From Faecalibaculum rodentium (lineage in GTDB: Bacteria; Bacillota_I; Bacilli_A; Erysipelotrichales; Erysipelotrichaceae): a stretch of 32,000 nucleotides of DNA. The stretch's first letter is position 1, and each line of letters starts with the position of its first letter. Position numbers and translations under genes: made by a program. The stretch lies in assembly GCF_001564455.1 (NCBI RefSeq), contig NZ_CP011391.1, positions 870,001-902,000 on the forward strand. The letters are read 5' to 3'. This document shows, one piece after another, positions 1-9,987 of this stretch. Under the pieces are notes generated by a model. That model searched no databases, had not been told where the DNA came from, and saw only the letters and a list, made by a program, of their open reading frames with translations.

Positions 1-62
1 GCACCTGGGTCTCATTCAGGACACCGGCTGCAGAAAACAGACAAAGACAGGAGGAATCTGAC

Positions 63-551
63 ATGGTGCGCATTGCAACCATCATCAATACCCACGCCCT
101 GAAAGGCGAATGCAAGCTGTATCTTCATACCGATGACCCGGCGACCAGATTTTTGCCGGGGACCATATTCACGCTGGATACCGGCGAAAGACTGAAGCTG
201 AAGCGGTTCCGCATGCAGAAAGGCTTTGGCTATGCGATGTTCGAGGATGTGGACACTGTGGAGAAGGCACAGGCCCTGAAAGGCAGAGTGCTGGAACTTT
301 CAGAAGAGGAACTGGGGGAACCCGGAGAAGGGGAATACTATTATCATCAGCTGGCGGGCAGTACTGTATTCAATACAGAAGGAACGGAACTGGGACAGGT
401 GTCGGATCTTCTGGAAACCGGGGCAAATCTTGTATTGCGCGTTGGACAGGGGAAGGCACAGTTTCTGGTGCCGTTCGTGGATGCGTTCATTGAAGAAGTC
501 GATGTCACTGGAAAACGCATTGTCATCCGGGAAATGGAAGGACTTCGATGA
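63..551 (+). CDS. rimM: 16S rRNA processing protein RimM
   Basis: 162-aa ORF. N-terminus MVRIATIINTHALKGECKLY is typical of RimM. AGGAGG lies about 8 nt upstream of ATG 63. The stop overlaps the trmD start (ATGA 548-551). Sits in the conserved rimM-trmD-rplS order. Confidence 0.9.
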   Translation: MVRIATIINTHALKGECKLYLHTDDPATRFLPGTIFTLDTGERLKLKRFRMQKGFGYAMFEDVDTVEKAQALKGRVLELSEEELGEPGEGEYYYHQLAGSTVFNTEGTELGQVSDLLETGANLVLRVGQGKAQFLVPFVDAFIEEVDVTGKRIVIREMEGLR

Positions 552-1273
552 AAATCACCGTTTTGACACTGTTTCCGGAGTATTTCGACGGCTTTCTGAA
601 CACAAGCATCATATCCCGGGCGCGTGAAGCGGGGCTCTTCGAGTTCGAAGCCCTGGATTTTCGTCCATTCACCGAGCAGAAACATGGCCATGTGGATGAT
701 TCTCCCTATGGAGGCGGAGCAGGGATGGTCTTGATGTGTCAGCCGCTGCTGGATGCACTGGAATCTGTCCGCACAAAGGACAGCACGGTGATACTGCTGA
801 GTCCGCAGGGAACGACATTCCGCCAGGAGACAGCCCGCGAGCTGGCGCTGAAGGATCACCTGATTTTTATCTGCGGTCACTATGAAGGATTTGATGAGCG
901 GATCCGCCGCCATGCAGACATTCAGCTCTCTCTGGGCGATTTTGTGCTCACGGGCGGAGAACCGGCTGCGCAGGTCATGTGCGATGCCATCCTTCGGCTG
1001 CTGCCGGGAACCATTCGGGATGAATCCAGTGGAGGTGATTCCTTCTCCGATGGCCTGCTTGAATATCCGCAGTACACCAGGCCCTATGACTATAAGGGGG
1101 AGACTGTGCCGGATATTCTGCTGTCGGGGCATCATGAGAACATCCGGAGGTGGAGACGCCAGGAGTCTCTGCGTCGGACCCGCAGCCTGCGGCCGGATCT
1201 CCTGGAAACAGCAGATCTTTCGGAAAGCGACGTGAAGTTTCTGGAATCTCTTGCCGAAGAAGACGGGAAATGA
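548..1273 (+). CDS. trmD: tRNA (guanine37-N1)-methyltransferase TrmD
   Basis: 241-aa ORF. MKITVLTLFPEYF start and the YGGGAGMV and LSPQG...LIFICGHYEGFDER segments are characteristic of TrmD. Translationally coupled to rimM. Confidence 0.95.
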   Translation: MKITVLTLFPEYFDGFLNTSIISRAREAGLFEFEALDFRPFTEQKHGHVDDSPYGGGAGMVLMCQPLLDALESVRTKDSTVILLSPQGTTFRQETARELALKDHLIFICGHYEGFDERIRRHADIQLSLGDFVLTGGEPAAQVMCDAILRLLPGTIRDESSGGDSFSDGLLEYPQYTRPYDYKGETVPDILLSGHHENIRRWRRQESLRRTRSLRPDLLETADLSESDVKFLESLAEEDGK

Positions 1274-1366
1274 TACTATTTTCAGGCATGCGCGGTTCCG
1301 CTGTCCTTGTGAACAGGAGCATGAACCTGCAAGGCCGCATGAGTGAAAGAAAAGGAGAAATCAGTC

Positions 1367-1717
1367 ATGAACATGAATCTCGTCAACGAAGTCACGAAGA
1401 CTCAGCTGAAGAAAGACCTGCCTGAACTGCGTTCCGGTCAGACAGTCAAAGTATTCGTGCGTATTCACGAAGGTGAAAAGAGCCGTATCCAGGTGTTTGA
1501 AGGCGTCATCACTGAAAAAGTGGGAGGCGGCATCAACGAAAGCATCACAGTCCGGAAGCTGTCCAGCGGTATCGGCGTGGAACGTAAATTCCCGATCCAC
1601 AGCCCGATCGTGGAAAAAATCGAAGTTGTCCGTCAGGGCAAGGTTCGCCGGAACAAGCTGCGTTATCTGAGAAACCGCTCCGGCAAGAGCGCACGTCTGA
1701 AAGAAGTCCGCAAGTAA
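1367..1717 (+). CDS. rplS: 50S ribosomal protein L19
   Basis: The ORF track starts at GTG 1343, but ATG 1367 is preceded by AAAGGAG (1351-1357). The [29 protein letters not shown] start is L19-like. Confidence 0.95.
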   Translation: MNMNLVNEVTKTQLKKDLPELRSGQTVKVFVRIHEGEKSRIQVFEGVITEKVGGGINESITVRKLSSGIGVERKFPIHSPIVEKIEVVRQGKVRRNKLRYLRNRSGKSARLKEVRK

Positions 1718-1723
1718 GCCGGA

Positions 1724-1756
1724 AAGATGGATTCCTGTATGGGGTCCATCTTTTTT
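1724..1756 (+). terminator. Rho-independent terminator after rplS
   Basis: AAGATGGA (1724-1731) pairs with TCCATCTT (1745-1752), with an inner extension, followed by a T-run to 1756. Confidence 0.7.
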
Positions 1757-1872
1757 GTATCCGGCACCATCTGGAAAACAGGATGACAGGGACAAGGCCG
1801 GGGCAGTCCGGAAAGCGGAGTGACTGCGAAGTTTGCGCTTTGTCCCGCCAAAAGTCAGTCAATGGAGCTTTC

Positions 1873-1881
1873 TGCTATACT
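1873..1881 (+). promoter_or_regulatory. Candidate extended -10 promoter for lepB
   Basis: TGcTATACT (TGn + TATACT) lies 33 nt upstream of the lepB ATG. The -35 is weak. Confidence 0.3.
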
Positions 1882-1913
1882 GAACAGAGATATAAGGAAT
1901 CGGAGGATATGGG

Positions 1914-2564
1914 ATGGATCAGGAAACAAAGACATCCGGAGCAGGGAACAGCCCGGAGCGGGAAGGAAACTCCTTTCTCAAAGAGGCCTGGGGTTTCATC
2001 AAAGTGTTTGTCATCACAGCTGTCATCATTCTGCTGTTTGTCAATATTGTGGCGCACCCTGTGACTGTGGTTGGCGATTCGATGTACCCGAATCTGCAGG
2101 ATGGAGAGTATGGATTCACAAATCTGATTGGTCTCCGGTTTTCCGCGCCGGACCGGGGCGATGTGGTGGTTGTCACGATGGAAGATGATGTGAATGGCGA
2201 CGGAACTCCGGAAACAACCCACTGGGTGAAGCGGGTGATCGGGCTCCCTGGAGACACAGTGGAGGCCAGAAACGATGTGATCTATATCAACGGTGAGCCG
2301 CTGGATGAAAGCGGATGGCTGGATCCGGCGCAGAAGCAGGAGATCCTGGATGAGATTCAGGAATCCTATGGACGGGAATATGGAGACTTCACCGCAGATT
2401 TTGGTCCGGTGACGCTTGGAGAAGATCAGTACTGGGTCATGGGGGACAATAGACCGCATTCCAAGGACTCGCGCGATCCCTCTGTGGGAGCTGTGAACAG
2501 GAATCAGATTTATGGCGATGGGGTGCTGATTCTGTTTCCATTCAACAAGATCGGAGGACATTAA
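1914..2564 (+). CDS. lepB: Signal peptidase I
   Basis: 216 aa with an N-terminal TM segment. Catalytic Ser box GDSMYPNL, Lys box WVKRVIGLPGD, and GDNRPHSKDSR box. GGAGG lies 7 nt upstream. Confidence 0.9.
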   Translation: MDQETKTSGAGNSPEREGNSFLKEAWGFIKVFVITAVIILLFVNIVAHPVTVVGDSMYPNLQDGEYGFTNLIGLRFSAPDRGDVVVVTMEDDVNGDGTPETTHWVKRVIGLPGDTVEARNDVIYINGEPLDESGWLDPAQKQEILDEIQESYGREYGDFTADFGPVTLGEDQYWVMGDNRPHSKDSRDPSVGAVNRNQIYGDGVLILFPFNKIGGH

Positions 2565-2565
2565 C

Positions 2566-3513
2566 ATGCCACAGGCAGGTACAATACAATGGTTTCCCGG
2601 GCATATGGCGAAAGCCCGGCGGCAGATGGAAGAAAATCTGAAGAAAGTCGATTTCATCATTGAAATCAGGGATGCCAGGATCCCGGAGTCAAGCACCAAC
2701 CCTCTGCTGACTTCTGTCGGGCAGAACAAGCCCCGTCTGATCCTGCTTTCAAAGACGGACAAGGCGGATCCAGCCACAACGCAGGCCTGGATCGACAGAC
2801 TGGCAGACCAGAATACCCGTGTTCTGGCACTGGATCTGATTCATGAAAACTACAGAGCGGCACTGGTCAGGGAAGCAAAAATTCTGTGTGCTCCGCTGAT
2901 CGAAAAGCAGAAGCGCCGGGGTATGCGACCCCGTGCACTTCGTGCCATGGTGGCGGGGATCCCGAATGTGGGGAAATCAACCTTCATCAACACGCTGGCA
3001 AAACGAAAAGCCGCCAAGACCGGAGACCGTCCGGGGGTGACGAAAAGCCTTCAGTGGATATCTCTGGACCGGGATCTGGAACTGCTGGATACACCAGGTG
3101 TTCTCTGGCCCAAGTTCGAGCAGCCGCAGGTCGGTCTCAATCTGGCTCTGCTCGGATCCGTAAAGGATGACGTCGTGCATATGGATGATCTGGCGCTGTA
3201 TGCCATGGAGAGACTGATGAAGGAACACCCCGGGGCTGTGGAGTCCTGCTACGGGATCACGATTGCAGATACCCCCTGGGAAACGCTGGAGGCAATTGCC
3301 CGCAAGCGTGGCTGGCTGAAGAAAGGAGAGGTGGATGAAACCCGGATGATGCGGACTGTTGTCCAGGATATCCGGGATGACCGGCTTGGCCGGCTTTCCT
3401 GGGAGGCACCCTCTGATCTGGAGGCCAGTCAGGATTCACACCCGGGTGCAGACAGGAAGCCGGAGAACAGGGGACGGGAGGATCATGACCAGACGGCAGG
3501 CTCCGGTCATTGA
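2566..3513 (+). CDS. rbgA: Ribosome biogenesis GTPase A (YlqF/RbgA)
   Basis: 315 aa. IQWFPGHMAKARR start, DARIP, and circularly permuted GTPase motifs (LSKTD before GIPNVGKST, then DTPG). Carries a C-terminal low-complexity tail of about 30 aa beyond the usual end. Confidence 0.9.
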   Translation: MPQAGTIQWFPGHMAKARRQMEENLKKVDFIIEIRDARIPESSTNPLLTSVGQNKPRLILLSKTDKADPATTQAWIDRLADQNTRVLALDLIHENYRAALVREAKILCAPLIEKQKRRGMRPRALRAMVAGIPNVGKSTFINTLAKRKAAKTGDRPGVTKSLQWISLDRDLELLDTPGVLWPKFEQPQVGLNLALLGSVKDDVVHMDDLALYAMERLMKEHPGAVESCYGITIADTPWETLEAIARKRGWLKKGEVDETRMMRTVVQDIRDDRLGRLSWEAPSDLEASQDSHPGADRKPENRGREDHDQTAGSGH

Positions 3514-4141
3514 GAATCCGCTGGAGCGGGACTGGCCGGGACAGCTGGTGCTGGGAATGGACGAAGCCGGTCGGGGGCCGATTGCAGGGCCTCTCGTGAC
3601 GGCGGGAGTGGTATTTCCGACGGGATATGAGAATCCTGCCCTGTACGATTCCAAGAAGCTCAGCGAAAAGAAGCGTGAAGCCCTGTATCCTCAGATTCTG
3701 GAAGATGCCCTCGAGGTGCAGATCCGGTTTGTGAGTGAACCGGAGATTGACCGTCTGAACATTTACAGAGCCACGCAGCAGGCGATGGAGGCCATGGCCG
3801 AACGCATGACATGTGACGTGATCCTGACAGATGCCATGAAGCTGCCGGCCTGCCGAAAACCCTGGCAGGCTGTGGTGAAAGGCGATCAGAAATCACTGTC
3901 CATTGCGGCTGCGAGCATCCTGGCGAAAGTCAGCCGGGACCGGTATATGAAACATCTGGATATCCTCTATCCACAGTATGGCCTGGCCCGTCACAAAGGC
4001 TATCCCACGAAAGCACATCTGCAAGCCCTGGAACAATTCGGCCTGCAGTCCTTTTACAGACGGTCCTACGGTCCGGTCCAGAGGCTGGTCATGACAGGTC
4101 AGGAAAGCGGCAGCCTGTTTCCGGCAGAAACAGGGGACTGA
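3485..4141 (+). CDS. rnhB: Ribonuclease HII
   Basis: The ORF is open from 3359, but ATG 3485 has GGGAGG just upstream and gives a normal 218-aa product. Catalytic GMDEAGRGPIAGPLV motif. The start overlaps the rbgA tail by 29 nt. Confidence 0.85.
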   Translation: MTRRQAPVIENPLERDWPGQLVLGMDEAGRGPIAGPLVTAGVVFPTGYENPALYDSKKLSEKKREALYPQILEDALEVQIRFVSEPEIDRLNIYRATQQAMEAMAERMTCDVILTDAMKLPACRKPWQAVVKGDQKSLSIAAASILAKVSRDRYMKHLDILYPQYGLARHKGYPTKAHLQALEQFGLQSFYRRSYGPVQRLVMTGQESGSLFPAETGD

Positions 4142-4161
4142 AGCAGCGGAAGATGACCATC

Positions 4162-4182
4162 GGATCCCTCGGGATCCTTTTT
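4162..4182 (+). terminator. Rho-independent terminator after rnhB
   Basis: GGATCC-ctcg-GGATCC hairpin followed by TTTTT. Confidence 0.65.
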
Positions 4183-4379
4183 CATGCAGTCTTTGCCAGG
4201 CAGGCAGGGAAGCATATCAGGGGCGGGCAAACATGAAGGGATTGTGACAGCCTGGCGGAGTCTGCAGGCAGCAGCCGGAGATGAAATCCACGACTGCTGT
4301 TGCGGTTGAGTTGCATTGGCGGGCTGAAATACAGGGTAACTTTCCGCAAAAACCGAAGGTTTGGGCGAATATAACAAAT

Positions 4380-5114
4380 ATGACGACATCAAAGGACATT
4401 CTATGTTATGCAGTCCGTCACAATGGGGACTGGACTGCCATAGCCAGGGCCATCCACAGCCAGGAACCCGCTGTACCGGTTTTCTGTCAGTATCCCTGCG
4501 TCACATTCCTCGATCCGGAATATCCTGCCTGTTTCAGAAAGCTGCGGTATCCGCCCTGGATCCTGTTCTATCAGGGGGACCTCCGGCTGCTGAACGGGCC
4601 GGCAGCTGCGGTGGTCGGCAGCCGGGATGCATCCAGGAAGGCACTGGACAATACAGCCAGGATCGTGCACTGTCTCAAGGACCGGTATGTGATCGTTTCC
4701 GGCCTTGCCAGAGGCGTGGATGCCCGGGCTCACACAGAGGCTCTGGACAAATCCACCATCGGGATCCTGGGATGCGGAATCGACCGGGTATATCCCCGCG
4801 ACAACAGCCTGCTGTTTTCCCGAATGCGGAAAGATCACCTGATACTCAGTGAATATCCGCCCGGCACCCCGCCGCTGCCCCGTCATTTTCCGTGGAGGAA
4901 CCGTCTGATCGCAGCGGCCGCCGATCTGCTGGTGGTGACGGAGGCCAGGGAAAAAAGCGGCACGATGTATACGGTGGATGAAGCGCTCGCACTCTCGGTT
5001 CCCGTATGGTGTGTCCCGACGGAATTCGGAGATGAGAGCCATATGGGATGCAATCGGCTGATTCTGCAGGGGGCGGGAATTCTGTGCGATCTTCAGCAGG
5101 TCCGTGAGCTGTAG
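4380..5114 (+). CDS. dprA: DNA processing protein DprA/Smf
   Basis: Rossmann-like DprA core (AVVGSRDAS, SGLARGVDARAH, VYPRDN, LVVTEAREKSGT) in the conserved position before topA. The start is uncertain: ATG 4380 gives 244 aa and the upstream ATG 4281 gives 277 aa. Neither has a good SD. Confidence 0.8.
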   Translation: MTTSKDILCYAVRHNGDWTAIARAIHSQEPAVPVFCQYPCVTFLDPEYPACFRKLRYPPWILFYQGDLRLLNGPAAAVVGSRDASRKALDNTARIVHCLKDRYVIVSGLARGVDARAHTEALDKSTIGILGCGIDRVYPRDNSLLFSRMRKDHLILSEYPPGTPPLPRHFPWRNRLIAAAADLLVVTEAREKSGTMYTVDEALALSVPVWCVPTEFGDESHMGCNRLILQGAGILCDLQQVREL

Positions 5115-5182
5115 TCCGCATCTCTCATTTGACAAAGTTCAGCGGATGTTTTTAACTTGTAGTCAGCAATGAGGACTTGTGA

Positions 5183-7363
5183 ATGAAAAAGCATCTGGTA
5201 ATCGTGGAGTCACCCTCCAAATCGAAAACAATAGAAAAATACCTCGGAAGCGGCTACAAAGTGGTTTCTTCCAAAGGCCACATCTGTGACCTGTCCACAT
5301 CCGGCAAGGACCGCCTTGGCGTGGATGTGGAACATGACTTCAAGCCCACGTACCGGGTTCCGAAGGAGAAGAAGGAAACTGTCAAGGAACTCAGGGAACT
5401 GGCAGAGAAGAGCCAGGATGTCTATCTGGCAAGCGACCCTGACCGGGAAGGGGAAGCCATTGCCTGGCACCTGGCCCGGGAACTGGGGCTGAGTGTCGAC
5501 GATGACAATCGCATCGTGTTTCATGAAATCACGAAGCCGGCCATCGAAGCGGCAATGAAAGAACCCAAGAAAATCGATATGGACCTGGTGAAGTCTCAGG
5601 AAACCCGCCGCATCCTGGACAGGATCATCGGATTCAAGCTCTCCAAGCTTCTCCAGAACAAGATCCAGTCAAAATCCGCCGGCCGTGTGCAGTCGGTGGC
5701 ACTGCGTCTGATTGTGGAGCGTGAAAACGAGATCAGGAAATTCAAGCCTGAAGAATACTGGTCGATTCACGGTGACATCACAAAGGGACGCAAGACATTC
5801 ACGGCGGATCTCGCCAAAGTGGACGGCAAAAAACCGAAAATCCGCAACCAGGAAGAGGCACAGGCCATTCTCGAGGATGCAGGCACGACCTTTACCGTTT
5901 CTCAGGTCAAGACCCGCAGCCGCCGCAAGGGGCCGAAGCTGCCTTTCACGACATCCACCCTGCAGCAGGAAGCCAGTACCAAACTCGGGTTCGGTGCCCG
6001 GAAAACGATGTCCGTGGCACAGAAGCTGTATGAGGGAATCGACCTGGGAGATCACACAGAAGGTCTGATTTCCTATATGCGAACGGATTCCACCCGTCTT
6101 TCCGGCCTGTTTGTGAAGGATGCCGAGGACGCGATCGAGAAGGAGTATGGCAAGGCCTACAAAGGCAAGGCGCACATGCATAACTCGACCAATGCGCAGG
6201 ACGCACATGAAGCGATACGGCCGACCAGCATAAACAACACCCCGGAGGCGGTAAAACCGTACCTGACCGGGGAACAGTACAGGCTGTACAGCCTGATTTA
6301 CGCCCGCACCATGGCCAGTCTGATGGCCGATGCGAAATTCGATGTGACAAGCATTCTGTTTCAGGCCGGAAACTGCGAGTTTGCCGCGACAGGACAGGTC
6401 ATGACCTTTGACGGGTATTACAAGGTATATGGCAAATACGAAAAAGCATCCACGGAGCTGCTTCCGGCGCTGGAAGAAGGCGAAGTCTTTGAAAATGTGC
6501 CCGTGATTTCCCGTCAGCATTTCACGGAACCGCCCGCCCGGTATACAGAAGCCAGGCTGATCAAGGAACTGGAAGAAAAGTCCATCGGGCGGCCTTCCAC
6601 CTATGCAACGATCATCGACACGCTGCAGAAACGTGGATATGCCACGCTGGACAAAGTTTCGGAAACCAGCCGCACGAAGGTCTTCACTCCCACGGAGCAG
6701 GGAGTGCTGACAGACCAGAAACTCCAGGAGTTTTTCTCGAAGATCATCAACGTGGAATATACCGCTGATATGGAGAAGACACTGGATGTGATTGCGGAAG
6801 GCGACGAGGACTACATCAAGTTCCTGCATGAGTTTTATGATGACTTCGAACCGCTGGTCGACAAGGCATATGAAGACATGCCCAAGAAGGAACTGGAGCG
6901 GGTGGGACGCACCTGCCCGCAGTGCGGCGGAGAACTGGTCTATCGCAATGGCCGCTTCGGCAAGTTCATTTCCTGCATCAATTTCCCGAAGTGCCGCTAT
7001 TCCGAAACGGATGAAACGGATATTCCGGAAGCCAGGGAACACCGGACCTGCCCCAACTGCGGAGCGGATATGATCATCAAGAAGGGCCGCTTCGGACCAT
7101 TCTGGGCATGCAGCAACTATCCGGAATGCAAGACAATCGTCCCATTGAAGGAGAAAGCCAAACCGGAGCCCACAGGAGAAAAATGCCCCGAATGCGGCGG
7201 TGACCTGGTGCGCCGGAAATCCCGCTTCGGGACCTGGTTTGTGGGCTGCAGCAACTATCCCAAGTGCCGGTACATCAAAAAGGAGCCGAAGAAAAAAGCC
7301 CCTGAGACACTGGATGCGGCAGAGGAAAAGACAGAATCTTCCCGGGGCGAACCCCATGCCTGA
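5183..7363 (+). CDS. topA: DNA topoisomerase I
   Basis: 726 aa. Toprim start [18 protein letters not shown] and active-site region [10 protein letters not shown]. Three C-terminal C4 zinc ribbons (CPQCGG, CPNCGA, CPECGG). Confidence 0.95.
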   Translation: MKKHLVIVESPSKSKTIEKYLGSGYKVVSSKGHICDLSTSGKDRLGVDVEHDFKPTYRVPKEKKETVKELRELAEKSQDVYLASDPDREGEAIAWHLARELGLSVDDDNRIVFHEITKPAIEAAMKEPKKIDMDLVKSQETRRILDRIIGFKLSKLLQNKIQSKSAGRVQSVALRLIVERENEIRKFKPEEYWSIHGDITKGRKTFTADLAKVDGKKPKIRNQEEAQAILEDAGTTFTVSQVKTRSRRKGPKLPFTTSTLQQEASTKLGFGARKTMSVAQKLYEGIDLGDHTEGLISYMRTDSTRLSGLFVKDAEDAIEKEYGKAYKGKAHMHNSTNAQDAHEAIRPTSINNTPEAVKPYLTGEQYRLYSLIYARTMASLMADAKFDVTSILFQAGNCEFAATGQVMTFDGYYKVYGKYEKASTELLPALEEGEVFENVPVISRQHFTEPPARYTEARLIKELEEKSIGRPSTYATIIDTLQKRGYATLDKVSETSRTKVFTPTEQGVLTDQKLQEFFSKIINVEYTADMEKTLDVIAEGDEDYIKFLHEFYDDFEPLVDKAYEDMPKKELERVGRTCPQCGGELVYRNGRFGKFISCINFPKCRYSETDETDIPEAREHRTCPNCGADMIIKKGRFGPFWACSNYPECKTIVPLKEKAKPEPTGEKCPECGGDLVRRKSRFGTWFVGCSNYPKCRYIKKEPKKKAPETLDAAEEKTESSRGEPHA

Positions 7364-7370
7364 GACGTCC

Positions 7371-8717
7371 ATGTCCAAAGTCACGGTCATCGGCGCAGGC
7401 CTGGCAGGGTCGGAAGCCGCCTGGCAGCTGGTCAGCCGGGGAATCCCGGTGAGGATCATTGAGATGCGTCCGGAAAAGAAACCGGAGGCTTTCCATACGG
7501 ACGGCTTCGCCGAACTGGTCTGCTCGAACTCTCTGCGCTCGGATTCCCTGAACAACGCTGTGGGGATCCTCAAGGAGGAGATGCGGCAGCTGGATTCCCT
7601 GATCATGAAAGCCGCGGATGAAAACCGGGTTCCGGCCGGGAGTGCCCTGGCTGTTGACCGTGCGGGTTTCTCGGAGGAGGTCACGAAGACGCTGAAGGAA
7701 CACCCGCTGGTGGAAGTGATCACAGAAGAAGTCACGGAAATACCCGACGGACCGGTGATCATTGCCACGGGCCCGCTGACATCGGAGAAGCTGGCTGCAG
7801 ACATCATGAAGAAAACCGGTTCGGAGACATTTCATTTCTATGATGCCGCGGCACCGATCGTGGAAAAGGACAGCATCGATTTTTCCCGGGCATACTACAA
7901 GTCCCGGTATGACAAAGGAGATGCGGACTATATCAACTGTCCCATGGAACAAGAGGAATTTGACGCTTTTTACGAGGAGCTCATTCACGCAAAGTGTGCC
8001 GATCTTCATGACTTCGAGAAGGACCTGAAGGTGTTCGAAGGCTGTATGCCCATCGAGGAGATGGCCCGGCGTGGCAAGAAAACAATGCTCTTCGGGCCGA
8101 TGAAACCCGTCGGGCTGCGGCGGGAAGGGGAACATCCCGTGGCGGTGATCCAGCTGCGGCAGGATGATGTGGCGGATACTCTGTACAACATTGTGGGCTT
8201 CCAGACGCATCTGACCTGGCCTGAGCAGAAGCGGGTGTTCTCCATGATCCCGGGTCTGGAAAACGCCAGGTTTGTCCGCTATGGCGTGATGCACCGGAAC
8301 AGCTATCTGCCGGCAAAGGATGTTCTGCTGGAGACCTATCAGTCCAGACTGCGTCCGGATCTGTTTTTTGCAGGGCAGCTGACAGGAGTCGAAGGATATG
8401 TGGAGAGTGCAGCCAGCGGGCTGGCGGCAGGCATCAACATGGCCCGGGTCCTGCAGGGCAGGGAACCGGTGAAGTTTGGCCGGCAGACCGCACTGGGAGC
8501 CCAGGCTCACTACATTGCAAACTGTGAGGCAAAGAATCTGCAGCCCATGAATGCAAATTTCGGCATCATGGTGCTGGAGGAACCCTGTCACAAGAGAGAG
8601 CGGAAAGCGGCTTTTGCCAGACAGTCTGCCAGACGGATCCGGGAAATCCGGGAAATGCTCCAGGCAGAGGATGGTGAACCGGAGCGGGGGGTCCGGAAGT
8701 CCGCTGAACGGGAGTGA
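7371..8717 (+). CDS. trmFO: Methylenetetrahydrofolate--tRNA-(U54-C5)-methyltransferase TrmFO (Gid)
   Basis: FAD-binding start [20 protein letters not shown] and conserved [19 protein letters not shown]. The ORF is open from 7200 inside topA. ATG 7371 (or 7356) directly follows the topA stop. Confidence 0.9.
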   Translation: MSKVTVIGAGLAGSEAAWQLVSRGIPVRIIEMRPEKKPEAFHTDGFAELVCSNSLRSDSLNNAVGILKEEMRQLDSLIMKAADENRVPAGSALAVDRAGFSEEVTKTLKEHPLVEVITEEVTEIPDGPVIIATGPLTSEKLAADIMKKTGSETFHFYDAAAPIVEKDSIDFSRAYYKSRYDKGDADYINCPMEQEEFDAFYEELIHAKCADLHDFEKDLKVFEGCMPIEEMARRGKKTMLFGPMKPVGLRREGEHPVAVIQLRQDDVADTLYNIVGFQTHLTWPEQKRVFSMIPGLENARFVRYGVMHRNSYLPAKDVLLETYQSRLRPDLFFAGQLTGVEGYVESAASGLAAGINMARVLQGREPVKFGRQTALGAQAHYIANCEAKNLQPMNANFGIMVLEEPCHKRERKAAFARQSARRIREIREMLQAEDGEPERGVRKSAERE

Positions 8718-8754
8718 CGAAACACGGAAAAGGCCGAAAATGAAAAAAAACGGC

Positions 8755-8782
8755 TTGCATACAGACACAAACCCTGTATAAT
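8755..8782 (+). promoter_or_regulatory. Candidate sigma-A promoter for tRNA-Pro
   Basis: TTGCAT (8755-8760), 16-nt spacer, TATAAT (8777-8782). It lies about 12 nt upstream of the tRNA 5' end. Confidence 0.45.
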
Positions 8783-8793
8783 AAAGCCGTTGC

Positions 8794-8870
8794 CTAGGTG
8801 TAGCTCAGCTTGGTAGAGCACTACGTTCGGGTCGTAGGGGTCGCAGGTTCAAATCCTGTCACCTAGACCA
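8794..8870 (+). tRNA. tRNA-Pro (anticodon CGG)
   Basis: 77-nt cloverleaf folded by hand. Acceptor CTAGGTG/CACCTAG with the C1:G72 pair typical of bacterial tRNA-Pro, and D arm GCTC-AGCTTGGTA-GAGC. Anticodon arm CTACG-TTCGGGT-CGTAG with CGG at 8828-8830. T arm GCAGG-TTCAAAT-CCTGT, discriminator A, and encoded CCA. Confidence 0.9.
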
Positions 8871-8881
8871 TCAGAAAATTA

Positions 8882-8904
8882 AGCGGAATTCTCCGCTTTT
8901 TTTT
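8882..8904 (+). terminator. Rho-independent terminator after tRNA-Pro
   Basis: AGCGGA-attc-TCCGCT hairpin followed by T8. Confidence 0.75.
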
Positions 8905-9033
8905 CTGCCTGAATGGCGCTATACTTAATAAGCGCGATTCTGCGCAAATACACACGCCAGGAATTCGGCTGCCCGTGCCATTTGGTTGCAGCCCTTGGAA
9001 CTGGCGGAGGAACAACGGAAAGGAACCAATCAA

Positions 9034-9969
9034 ATGACACAAATCGTATCCATCCGGAAGATGCTGGAAAACGGCGTCCACTTCGGACACCAGACACGTC
9101 GCTGGAACCCCAAAATGAAACCGTATATCTATACTAGCCGCAATGGTGTGTATATCGTCGATCTGAACCAGACACAGAAGCAGATCGAAGACGCCTACAA
9201 CGCCCTGAAGGAAATCAGCGAGCGCGGTGGCAAGGTTCTGTTTGTGGGGACGAAGAAGCAGGCAGCAGAAACTGTGGAAGAGCAGGCTCTGCGCTCCGGA
9301 TCCTTCTATGTAAACAAGCGCTGGCTTGGCGGTCTGCTGACCAACTTCCGCACCATCCAGAAGCGTGTAAAGCGTCTGGTTGAGATCGAGGAAATGGAAG
9401 CCAGCGGAAAACTGGAAGTATACACAAAGAAAGAACAGGCCAGGATCCTGAAGGAAAAGGCCAAACTGGAAGCAAGCCTGGGCGGCATCAAGGAAATGAA
9501 GAAACTGCCGGATGCCATGATCGTGATCGATCCCAGAGAAGAGCACAATGCCGTGGCCGAAGCCAAGAAACTGGGCATCCCTGTATTTGCGATGCTGGAT
9601 ACCAACTGCGATCCCGAAGATGCCACCTATCCCATTGCATCCAACGATGATGCCAACCGCTCTGTACGTCTGGTGACTTCCATCCTGGCTGACGCCATCG
9701 TGGATGCCAAAGGCGGCCTGCTGGAATCGGCTTACCTGGATGATGCAGAAGACGATGTAACCATGGACGATGTCATCCGCAATGTGGAAGCCCAGATTGC
9801 CGAGAATGAACGCCGCCGCCGTCTGCGCAACGAAGAACGCAGAAAGCGGAACATGGAGCGCCGCAACCGTCGTCCCTACGACAGAAACAGCCGCGGACCC
9901 CGCCCCAACGGAGCACCTGTCCGCGCCAATGCGGAAGCAAAACCCGCTGAAACAAAAACAGAAGCATAG
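9034..9969 (+). CDS. rpsB: 30S ribosomal protein S2 with long charged C-terminal extension
   Basis: ATG 9034 gives MTQIVSIRKMLENGVHFGHQTRRWNPKM, the canonical S2 N-terminus, with GGAAAGGAA upstream. 311 aa versus about 245-260 aa usual; the extra residues are an R/E/N-rich tail. Confidence 0.9.
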   Translation: MTQIVSIRKMLENGVHFGHQTRRWNPKMKPYIYTSRNGVYIVDLNQTQKQIEDAYNALKEISERGGKVLFVGTKKQAAETVEEQALRSGSFYVNKRWLGGLLTNFRTIQKRVKRLVEIEEMEASGKLEVYTKKEQARILKEKAKLEASLGGIKEMKKLPDAMIVIDPREEHNAVAEAKKLGIPVFAMLDTNCDPEDATYPIASNDDANRSVRLVTSILADAIVDAKGGLLESAYLDDAEDDVTMDDVIRNVEAQIAENERRRRLRNEERRKRNMERRNRRPYDRNSRGPRPNGAPVRANAEAKPAETKTEA

Positions 9970-9987
9970 ACTTCAAGGAGGAAGAGA

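Noticed and set aside
2-61. Possible 3' end of an upstream gene (frame 2, stop TGA at 59-61) before rimM.
   Set aside because: Only about 19 codons are visible and I recognise no motif, so it cannot be supported.
1287-1342. Possible L19-leader-like structure between trmD and rplS. CATGCG(C)GG at 1288-1296 could pair with CCGCATG at 1334-1340 around a small hairpin.
   Set aside because: The pairing is short and bulged, and I cannot match it to the Bacillus L19 leader from memory. It is too weak to call.
4281-4379. Upstream extension of dprA (ATG 4281 versus 4380).
   Set aside because: It is not rejected outright. The 33 extra residues (MKSTTAVAVELHWRAEIQGNFPQKPKVWANITN) do not resemble a DprA N-terminal domain, and GGAG abuts ATG 4281 with no spacing. 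I chose 4380 with low certainty.
5669-7807. Very long antisense ORFs opposite real genes. Examples: 5669-7807(-) 712 aa, 7275-8768(-) 497 aa, 17169-18170(-), 19792-20847(-), 21014-22021(-), 23258-24439(-), 9973-10923(-), 1875-2777(-), 27067-28281(+).
   Set aside because: Each lies fully opposite a confidently identified housekeeping gene. Their translations are low-complexity (rich in R, G, P, H, F), with no recognisable motifs or RBS. Mirror ORFs like these are expected in GC-rich coding DNA.
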